From Chrysomallon squamiferum (lineage: Eukaryota > Animalia > Mollusca), in the NCBI GenBank assembly GCA_012295275.1, contig CM022676.1, positions 12,214,001 to 12,278,000 of the forward strand: a stretch of 64,000 nt of DNA, read 5' to 3'. Positions within the stretch are counted from its first letter, which is position 1. Each line of letters starts with the position of its first letter. A model generated the notes under the pieces. It was not told the origin of the DNA. It saw only the letters and a list, made by a program, of their open reading frames with translations, and ran no database searches. Positions 23,621-34,813 of the stretch are shown in pieces. The position numbers and the translations under genes are program-made.

Positions 23621-24497
23621 TTTGTGTTATTATTATATCACTGCTAACATATTCACTATTTCGATTCATTAAAAGATTGTTAGACATTGATTTTTGTTCG
23701 TATAAAAAAAGAATTAGGTAATAAAATTGTGAATACCATTTATCGCATTTAACTATTTTCAGTGACTGCCATTTTTCTCTTTCCAATGGCTGGTATTTAT
23801 TTATTTATTTATTTTCATTTTTTTTTTTTTTTTCAATAAAAGAAACAGCTAATCATACCGTAGAACTGTCTACAAGAATTAAAGACAAAAGTAAATTTCA
23901 TTGTTATTATCATTATCATTATCATCATCATCATTAACATCATCATCATTATTTGAATACTAGCTTTCAGTGGAAAGAAACATATGGTATTTACATACGA
24001 TTAATTAAAAGAGTGTTAGAATTTTCACGATTTTCCATTTTTCAGAAGCTGCAAGAAGCGGTAGCACATCAGAGTCTTCAGCTGTGTTTTGTCTTATAAC
24101 CATGTAAGAAACATTTTAATTGTCGTCTTTTTATGGATTCTTTTATTTATTGTTGAGTTTAATGTTCGCTTTAACTCATATGTATCTGTCTGTTTTACTA
24201 TTATTATTGCTTAATCTTTCTGTCTGTTTTATTATTATTATTGTTTAATCTTTCTGTCTGTCTTTCTTTCTGTGTGTTTATTTAGTCATGTTTTATATGC
24301 TGAAGTTAATATTATTTGTCGTGTATGAAGAAAACAAACATTTAATTTTCTGCCTCTTTTTCTCGAATTTTGAATGTATTTACTGTCCTGTGTTTCTACA
24401 CTTATCTTTCTTTCAGAGTTTCAGTTCGTTCTCTTTTATTTATATTTTATCTTTCTTCAGGTTTATCACCACTTCAGTTATGAACGTTTTGAAGTAG
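20138..24497 (+). CDS. Type-B two-Ig-domain protein with GPI-signal-like tail (gene B2)
   Basis: Exons 20138-20195 (MESKVMQLFLYVSLFTVAS), 21061-21366 (Ig1), 22400-22714 (Ig2), 24046-24103 (EAARSGSTSESSAVFCLIT), 24461-24497 (MFITTSVMNVLK*). Downstream coding exon sizes equal those of B1 (306/315/58/37). Confidence 0.88.
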
Positions 24498-25751
24498 ATC
24501 TACATACTCCTCGCAGATAGAAAAACACCGAGAAGCATCAAACACAGAAAACAAACTAAATGTTACTGTTCTTCCTTCTTTGTGTTTGTGTTCGTTATTA
24601 TTATCATCAACATTATCATCATTATTGTTATAATAATAATAATAATAATCATTATAATAATAATAATAATAATAATTGTTATTAACATCATCTGTTTATT
24701 AGTTTATTTATTTATTTATATATCACTTCTTTCTTTTTAATGTTGTTTTTTTCCTTTTTTGTTTAACAAATAAAATAAATACAAATAATAAAAACAACAG
24801 CAAAAACATACTTCCATAGACTATAAAATAAAGAGCAATATATTTTTATTCCTTTCTTTGGTATTTTCTTTTTTTCTTTCTCTCCCTATTTAGTGCATGG
24901 GAAGAAATAGCACTAAAATTGTTCTGTTTCAGATCATTTAAAATATGACTGAACTGTTAAAATATTAAAACAAAAAAATTCTCAGTTGCTCCACTAAAAC
25001 ATCTCTTGCTGATTTAAGTCTGGTCAACTCTCTTCATGACATCACACGAGAGCAGTACACTCAGTCTGAAATAGGTTAACACTGCGACTGCGTGTAATTT
25101 TTGTCTTGACCATTCATTCATTCATATGCAATTTCTTTTCCATATATTCTAGTTTCAATCTGCTGGACTCTCCTTAATTGTCTGTAAGTTCTAATGTTAC
25201 AAAAAAATGATAAGTAAAAGGAGGAAAATCGGTTAGGAATCCTTTCTTATGAATTTCATCCTGAACTGAACGGAGACAAACTGTTGCTCCTAAATGCTAT
25301 TCACAGAGCCCTCGAAACAGTTTGTTAGACATCCGGGTTATAGTGTTAAAACAAAAACGAAATTATTTATAATCGTTATTACAAAGTAAGAGTACTTAGC
25401 CACGTTCACAGACTAGTGTAACATGGCAATTCATGATAGCAATGTTTGTTTTGATCGCACATAACAAAGTAAAAATAAAATAAAATAATGAACAAGAACA
25501 ACAACAGTAATATACTGTGTCCACTTTCATGGAATTAATACATTCTGTCCAAACTGATGGAACCAGTGACTTTCTTTTTTGTAAAAAGATGTATAAAAAT
25601 AAATAAATAAATAAATAAATCCAAATAAATAAAACAAATAAAAATAAAAATAAAAGAAATATAAAAATATAAAATAATTTTAAAAAATGTTACTCTTCCA
25701 CGATTAGGCTTTGGGTGCAAGTACCTTGTGGAATTATGTTTGAACAAAACC

Positions 25752-25823
<72 letters not shown>

Positions 25824-27399
25824 CAACAATAGCTGTACAAGTAGCTGCAGTAGTAGTAGTTATTGTACTAGTATTAATAGTAATAGTAGTAGTAGTAGTA
25901 CTGGTTATAGTAATGCAAGCTAAAGTTTGAAAATTGTCATTCATAACTCGATCGGCTCTAAAACACTTGGATATCAATTTCAAACATTCAGGGATCCGTA
26001 TGCAAACCTCGCTCCTCCACTGTGTTGGAACAGTGATCAGTAACAACAACAACAACAACGATAGCAATAATAATAACAATAGTAACAAAAAATTATGATA
26101 TTGATGATGATGAAAATAAATAAATAAATAAATAAATAAAAATTCATCACTTAAGGAACTCATGAATATAAAATAATTTAGAAACAAAATAATTTAAAAT
26201 TAAAAAAGTTAAAAAAAAAAAAAAAAAAAAAATAAGATGAAGAAAAACAAAATAAACACTAAAATAAAATAAAATAAACATGACTTAATTTCAGTTATGA
26301 TAATATTGTTAATTTGTTTAAACAAACTAAAAGATCAGATTAAAATTAATGCATACATAGATTTCAGCGTTTCTTATACTGATTTTTGGAAGATTTAATA
26401 GGGTTTCGTCGCGTCATCAATTAGTCTACTTCCAACACAGATCTATAAATACATTTCTTGTAGCATACTTTATATCAACAAACATCTTTTACATCTGCCT
26501 TCAGAATGAAGCCGAAAAGAAGGAAGAAAAATAAAGTAAGTAAATAAATAAATACAAACCTAAAAACGAGAGAAAGAAAATAATTACTAATAAAATAAAT
26601 AATATTAATTTACAAACATGATAAGTAGAATATCGAGGAAATATCAATTTTAATAAAATGACTCAGTCAGAAACACATCAATGGACACAAAGATCATTTA
26701 AAACTTTTAAAGAAACTGAAAAAATAAATATAATAAGAAGAAATAAGTAAATAAAATTAAGAAAAAATATATTAAAAAGTCAAAGGAAAAATAAACTGAG
26801 AAGGATGTATTATCAACAAAAATTCAGTGGACTTTTACTATTTGATATCCGCCATTTTACAAGCGCTTGATGTTGATATTGAAGAAGTGGATCATTATTC
26901 TCAGGCAGTGCACCAGCTTAATGACTATTTTTTGCAATCACTCTACAAAGATAGCAGACAACTGTGGGTAGACACAGATACATACAAACACAGATATACG
27001 TTCAAATAGATAGATACATATAATTACGTGAGCGTGTTTCTGTATATATCTTGTTCAAAGCAACTTTTTAGTGTTTAACAACTGGTTTGGATTTTAAGAA
27101 ACCATTGAAATCAGTTTTCTATCTACTAATAACAGATACATTGAATCTATTATTTACGAGATCAGTGAGTTGAGAAATAACAGTGCAATTTAGGATTGCG
27201 GGATAAAAGAAATAACTGGTTACTGTTTCAATTTTAACTTGCTCGGCACAGCCTGGCACCTATTGCATTCTCATCCTCTCAGGATTCAATATTTAATTGT
27301 TATGTTGTTGTAGTTTTTTGTTGTTTTTTGTTTGTTGTTGTTTTCTTACGTTTTATTTTTCGTAGCTATGGCTTTCTGGTCCAGTTTCCTTCGTTCAAT

Positions 27400-27660
27400 A
27401 CTTTCAGGAACTGTTTTAAATCACCTGGACGTATATCCAGCAGGATCAGCAAACGTTCCATACTAGCTGATCACTGTCGCAGACTACGTTTGCACTGGTG
27501 CTTTCCAGGAGATAATTCTTCTATCACACTTCTTGCTCATCTCGTGCACACGTCATACGGGAGACTCGGCAATTCTTTATGGAGTTAACGTAAATGAGTT
27601 GGCCATTATACAAAGCTGATGTTACAGGCGAACAGTGCACTGGAGATATCCTGGAACCAA
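27400..27660 (-). mobile_element. Possible degenerate 3' fragment of an RTE-like LINE
   Basis: GC-richer patch in the spacer. The minus strand has eroded motifs resembling the C-terminus of RTE ORF2 (..LYG.L.., ..LLW.P..). No intact ORF. Confidence 0.25.
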
Positions 27661-28024
27661 CTACATTTAAAAATAAAAATAAAAATAATAAAACATCAAC
27701 TTATTTCAACAGTCACTTTCATTTCCACAACCACTGTTATAGCCCAGATGTCTAAGAAACTGCTTCCGGGGCTGTATGAATAGCATTTAGGATCAACAGT
27801 TTGTCTCATTCTGTTCAGGATGAAATTCATAAGAAAGTATTCCTAACGTATTTTCACAGTTTAGACAAAGAATAAAACTGTCTCAATTATTTTTATTATT
27901 TATTTTTTAATTGTAACTTTAAAAAAAAAGAAAAACAAAAAAATTAAAACAGAAAAACAATACAAGTTTGCTTTCTGTATTTGATGCTTCTCAGTGTTTT
28001 TCTATCTGCGAGGAGTATCTAGAT

Positions 28025-28867
28025 CTACTTCAAAACGTTCATAACTGAAGTGGTGATAAACCTGAAGAAAGATAAAATATGAATAAAAGAGAACGAACTG
28101 AAACTCTGAAAGAATTATAGGAGTGGAAGCACAGAACAATAAATATATTCAAAATTCGAGAAAGAGAGGCAGAAAGTTAAATATTTATTTTGTTAAAACA
28201 ATAAATAATACTAACTCCAGCACTGAAAACATAACTAAATTAACACAGAGAAAGAAAGACAGACAGATAGATTAAATAACAACAATAATAGTAAAACAGA
28301 CAGATACACACGAATTAAAACGAACACTAAACTCAACAATAAATAAAAGAATCCATAAAAAGACGACAATTAAAATGTTTCTTACATGGTTATAAGACAA
28401 AACACAGCTGAAGACTCTGATGTGCTACCGCTTCTTGCAGCTTCTGAAAAATGGAAAATCGTGAAAATTCTAACACTCTTTTAATTAATCGTATGTAAAT
28501 ACCATATGTTTCTTTCCACTGAAAGCTAGTATTCAAATAATGATGATGATGTTAATGATGATGATGATAATGATAATGATAATAACAATGAAATTTACTT
28601 TTGTCTTTAATTCTTGTAGACAGTTCTACGGTATGATTAGCTGTTTCTTTTATTGAAAATAAAAAAAAAATGAAAATAAATAAATAAATAAATACCAGCC
28701 ATTGGAAAGAGAAAAATGGCAGTCACTGAAAATAGTTAAATGCGATAAATGGTATTCACAATTTTATTACCTAATTCTTTTTTTATACGAACAAAAATCA
28801 ATGTCTAACAATCTTTTAATGAATCGAAATAGTGAATATGTTAGCAGTGATATAATAATAACACAAA

Positions 28868-28899
<32 letters not shown>

Positions 28900-31044
28900 A
28901 TAATAATAATAATAATAATAATAATAGTAATAGTAATAATAATAATAATAATCACTCTCATAAATATTCTTTTAAGTTTCATTTTTGCAAACAGTTTTAC
29001 GATATGTTTAGCTGCTTCTTTTGTTCGAAAACATATACGATCCATTGTAAACAGAAAATCTCTACACCAAATATATCCAATAAAATCAAAATAAAAAGAG
29101 GCCCACGGGAAAAGGAGACACAATATCATCTAACCTGTTTACATCAGCATCGACTGCATATTTTTAAACCATACCTCAGAAACCAGAGGCTTCAGGATTC
29201 CTGAAACTATATCGGTCATTTTCGTTTCGCCTACGTTACAGTCTTTTTTTACAAATATACCAAAACATGCAGGGGGAAATGAAAATAAAAGAGAAAATAG
29301 TCTCTAGAAAGTGACATACCAATACATGTCAACAACATTTTGTTTAGCAGAGAAGTTTACACCTGAAATTTGCAACATATAGAAAATTCTAACACTCTTA
29401 TAATCAGTCGAAATAGTAAATATCATGTTTCTTTCCACTAAATGTTAGCATTCAAATAATAATAATAAAATTAATAATAATAATAATAATACATTTTTTT
29501 CTTTCATTCTTGCAAACAGTTCCACAGTACGTATAGCTCCGCTTTTATTCCAAAACGTATATCATCCATTGTAAAGAGAAAAGTTAGTTAAATGTGATAA
29601 ACTGCGTTCAACATTTTACTTCCTAATTCATTTATAAAGAATAAACTACTACTATTAATGCGCTCCATTTTCAGTGAAGAATTCCCATAGAATGGAACAC
29701 AGGGCAATCAATTTGAAGAATTTCAGGTACATGTTTGCCAAAAACAATACAGAAAATATTAATAATGAAGAAAATCAGCCTAGAGAGAAAGCTGGATTGA
29801 GGTGCAGGTATTCAACGACAACTACAACCACCTCGTAAGCCAAAGAAGAACAAGCAGATTTCTGCCTCAGTGCAAACTAACGATACACTGTTCTCGCTCC
29901 ATGAGTATGGAACACCAAGATGAGTATGACCGAAACAAATCTCGATACAAAGACCTGAATGAGAAACACCAGAATCCAAATAAAGAGACACTGTATCATC
30001 TGACCTATTTACAGCAACACTCGAGTGGATATTTTCAAAGGTTACCTGGGAAACCAGAGGCTTCACGATACCTTAAAACATATTTGTCATCTTCGTTTTG
30101 GCTGGGTTATGCTTTTCTGTAATAATATACAGAATGCTGCAGGAGGAAATGAAAATGAAACAGAAAAATGACGCTATAAAGTGACATATCAATACATGTC
30201 AACAACATTCAAAGAACATTTGGAACCTGCCTGAAGAGAGAAGTTTACAGCTCGTTTGCACACCAGTAACAGTAGTAACTAAACAAACAAGAGCACAAAC
30301 AAAGTCAGAACTGAATATGCAAAAGATCACCTACAGAGAGCGAAAGAGAAACATTTCAGTAGAATAGAGAAAAAAAGATTACAAATGTGACTGAACAGGT
30401 CAACTGAGGACCGCTACCCATCTTCAGCTGGAAACGATATGAAGAGAAACAACCTAGAGTAACTACAGCCAAAGGATAGGATAGGTATTTGTATTGCAGA
30501 GGAATTATCTAACACAGGACAAAACACGAAGATGATGTAGAAACATGCAGACGCTTTCGTCAAACAATGGGACATTACTGCTGCAAAAAAAGATGAGGAT
30601 ATCGTTCTCTAACACGCAAATATAATATCTGTATATCTATTGTTTCTGACTAAGACCTACCGAAGCCAATAACGTTTAGACTTATGGTATTGCTCTGAAT
30701 TCCTCCCCATTCACACTGACAAATCCATTTTCTTCCATTTTCCCTGCTCGAGATAGATCGTATTGTTATCTTGAATATAATTCCTTCTGAACATGCAAAG
30801 ACGTATTGTGGTGGCAGAACTCCAGTACAACTTGTACCTGATCCTTGTGATACATGGATGTTAGTAAGGTCACGAGTCCAAAATATTCCGTCTACTTTGC
30901 AGTATGTATTACATGTCAGCGTTACCGATGATCCAACAATAACTGTGTCTCTCGATTTTGTTAAGAGATAATCAGCTGAAATAATTCAGAATTACATTTA
31001 TTTATAACCGAAATCACTAACCTTAGAAATTTTGTTTTTATTTA

Positions 31045-31091
<47 letters not shown>

Positions 31092-32830
31092 TTAAATTTC
31101 GTGTCAGCAAATATATCGAACAAGATTACAGAATTATAAAATTAAAGGTGTGTTCTTGTTGTTACTGTTCTTAATAAGTTTAATAATATTTTCACTTTGG
31201 ATATCATTACTCTCTATTATCTTTGTATTTTCATTTGTGTAAATTTTTAATTAAAAATATTCTACAATAGAGGATTGTAAACCTTTATGCGTTCGCTTCT
31301 ATGTCTCCACCTTTCTTTTTAATTGTTTTTTATTTTTATTTAATTAATGCACCAGTTTGTCTTCATCAGTATTTATTTGCATGTTCAGTATTTCTTAAAA
31401 TGTAATGTGACATTTATAATAGTTTAATAACTGTACACTAAACAAAAAACAATTGATTAAATGTGTTCAAGGGTGGTGTTGATTTACAATGAAAATCTTT
31501 TAACTGAATTACAGGTGAATAAAAGATGTCTATATATGTTTTGATCATCAGTACCTAATGTGTATTTAAATCAAATTTTTACATTTTATTACTTTAGAAA
31601 TTTTCCTTTGTTTTTTGTTTTATTCAATTTAATTTTAATTTTGTTTTCTTTTATTAATTTCTTTAATAATTTATTAATTTATTTATTTATTGTTTTTTTA
31701 TTTAGAAATGAATATATATAATTTGAAATAAAACATTTTAAATAAACTCACTTGAAGATATAATCAACTGAAATAATTCAGAGAATTACATTTACTTAAA
31801 ACGCTAAGTCATTAACATCAGGAATTTTTATTTTATTTTTATTTGCCAAAATATTTTCATTATTTTAATTGTTTTTCTTATATTTAGTTAATATTGAATT
31901 TGTCACTGTCAATAATTTTACAAAATCAGTATTTTATAAAATGTAAAATGACATTTATAATGGTTACGCTACATGAGATATGAGGAGAAGAATAGGATGA
32001 AAAGCAAGTTTTCTGAGCAGCACTTTTCACTGAACAAAGAACAACTTATTGAATAGTTTCAATATAACACGTATTCAAGGCTGCCGTTGTTTTACGTGCA
32101 AAACTTTTAACTGAATTACAGGCGAATGAAATATGACTGTATTTGTACCAATCACCTGCCTTGTAATGTGTATTTAAACTAAATTTCAACATTTTATTCC
32201 TTTACAGATTTTATACAATATCTTATTTTCTTCTTCTTTCCTTCTGTTTTTTCTTTTTCCTTTTTTGTTCTCTTTCTCTTTTCCTTATAGGAAATACAAC
32301 AATCACAAAATTAAAGATATGTTTTGAAATTAAACATTTAAAAAAATATTAACTTGAAGCAATAGTGAAGAGTATAACACATAACAAAAGGTGCATTACT
32401 AAATGTCTAACCACAACGTAGATAAAACTATACTTTCTGAGTAAGACCTACCGATGGTAATAATTATAGTATTGCTCTGATCTCCTCCAGATTCACTTTG
32501 ACATTTCCATTTTCTCCCATTTTCATCGAGCTTAATAAAGCGTATTGTTAAATTGAATATACTTCCTTCTGAACATGTGTAGTGGTATAGTGGTGGCAGT
32601 TCTCCACTACAAGTTGTACCTGATCCTTGTTTTAAAAGGATTTTAGAACGATCACGAAACCAAGCTATTCCAGGTACTTTGCTGTGTGTATTACATGTAA
32701 GCGTTAACGTATATCCAATAGTAACTGGGTCTTCCGATTTTGTTAAGAAATAATCAGCTGAAATTAGATTTATTTAAAATGCCAAATCACTAACATCAGG
32801 AATTTTATTTTTATTTATTTATTTATTTAT

Positions 32831-32881
<51 letters not shown>

Positions 32882-33450
32882 GTTTTGTATTAGCATATAT
32901 ATCGAAGAAAATTAATGAATTATCATATTATAGTTGTCTTTTGTTTCTATTTGTTCTTGTTGTTACTGTTCTTAATAAGTGTAATAATATTTTCACTTGG
33001 AAATCATTACTCTCATCTTTACATTATCATTTCTTTAGGGTCTAAATAAAAAAAATATGGTAAATTAGAGTATTGTGAGTATCTATCTGCTCGCTTCTAC
33101 GTCTTTTCTCTTTTATTTGATTAATGAAGAATTTGTCTCCATCAGTATTTATTTGCAAGCTCAGTATTTTGTAAAACGTAATATGACACTTGTAGTATTT
33201 ACACTACACAAAAACTGTACATTAAACAAAAAACAACTTATTAAATGTTTTCTGTATAAAATGTGTTCGAGGCTACCGTTGTTTTACTTGAAAAAAGTTT
33301 AAGTGAATTACAGGTGAATAAAAGATGTCTATATATGTTTTCATGAACAGCTATAATTTAAATTTTTACATTTTATCACTTTATGAATTTTCTTTTTCTT
33401 TTATTTCCTTTCATTTCTATTTTTGTTTTTCTATTTATTTTTTTTATTTT

Positions 33451-33486
<36 letters not shown>

Positions 33487-33631
33487 AAAAATATAAACAA
33501 AATAATAACTTAGAAATAAATATATAGAAAATTAAAAAGTTATTTTGAAATAAAACATTTAAAATAAACTCACTTGAAGCAACAGTGAAGAGACTAACAT
33601 ACAAGAAAAGCTGCATCACTTTTAATCCCAT
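28025..33631 (-). CDS. Type-B two-Ig-domain protein with GPI-signal-like tail (gene B3; rearranged, mosaic)
   Basis: Minus-strand exons 33631-33574 (MGLKVMQLFLYVSLFTVAS), 32757-32452 (Ig1), 30975-30661 (Ig2), 28443-28386, 28061-28025 (stop). Both Ig exons translate open. A 16-nt remnant exon at 31767-31752 must be skipped. Confidence 0.82.
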
Positions 33632-34013
33632 TGTGTAGCCAAATAGAACAAAAACACAAGAAACAGACTTCTCGTATTCTTGTCAATCAGTTTGGGTTTT
33701 CATTCAGTCCTTGAATATTAGATGATTTCCTGAGACATATGCAGAAATGATAAAAATTGTAAATGCTGTTATATAAATAGTTCACCTGTGTAAATATTTT
33801 AGATAATAAATAAATACATTTAAAAAAAAAGGAAGTTGCATATAAAGATGTATAATTAATTACGTGTTTTAAAAATGTGTATCACAAATACTTTAAATTA
33901 AAAAAAATAATAACAATAAAATAAAATTAAAATTAAAAGCAAAAACAAATGAAACTGATTTATTAAAATATAAATTGAATTCATGTGGAGGTAAATAAGT
34001 AAATTATTAAGTA

Positions 34014-34062
<49 letters not shown>

Positions 34063-34489
34063 GTAGTAGTAATAGTAATAGTAATAACAATAATATTAAT
34101 AGTGAATGTAAAAAAAAAAAAAAAAGATATTGTTAGTGTTCAGAGAAATGAATACAAAAAGTAAATGCATTATTTATTTATATAAATATATAGTGATGTT
34201 CAAAAGTCATAAAACTACACATTGATCAGAGACAAAAATTAATTTTAAAATGAAATAAAATAGAATAAAATAAAGCTTTAAATTTTTGCAATAAAGTGAA
34301 ATGAAATAAATAGATAAGTAAATAAATTAATAAATTAATTAATTAACAAACATCACTGACGTATATCCAGTTATGAAAACAATGGAATCTGATTAAAGAA
34401 AGCGACGAAGAAGGATGGCTGGTCCAAAAGAATTAATGATTTTGAAAATTTCAAGTTCGTAAATTTGTCGACGATCTACAGACATTTCG

Positions 34490-34497
34490 TGACGTCA
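34490..34497. promoter_or_regulatory. CRE palindrome TGACGTCA between divergent genes B3 and A3
   Basis: Perfect palindrome in the roughly 1.2-kb head-to-head intergenic region. Confidence 0.4.
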
Positions 34498-34711
34498 TCA
34501 GTTACATCAGACTCAAATTTATAAAAAAAAAAAATTGGGATAATTTATTATTTATTTATTCAAAATTTGGTAAAGTGCGTTCACGACAAATCCCAAAATG
34601 ATAATTAAAAATAATTCAAGAGACATAACTCAGCTCGACATTTACAGTTTCCGTTAATAATGTAAGAAAATTAAAAATGATAAATTATTATTCGAAATTA
34701 GTTATTTGACC

Positions 34712-34744
<33 letters not shown>

Positions 34745-34813
34745 TTCTCATTTCTGTTTTGCTTGCAACAAAGAAGTTAAAATAAATTAATTAATTTTCA
34801 GTCTTTATTTGGT

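Noticed and set aside
23284-29204. Identical ORF pairs (120, 130 and 66 aa) on opposite strands
   Set aside because: Intronic, microsatellite-derived peptides; their identity reflects the inverted duplication tract.
14542-32757. V(D)J-like rearrangement or Dscam-like mutually exclusive exon array
   Set aside because: No RSS heptamer/nonamer pairs were noticed, and the Ig exons belong to separate genes on both strands, each with its own leader and tail.
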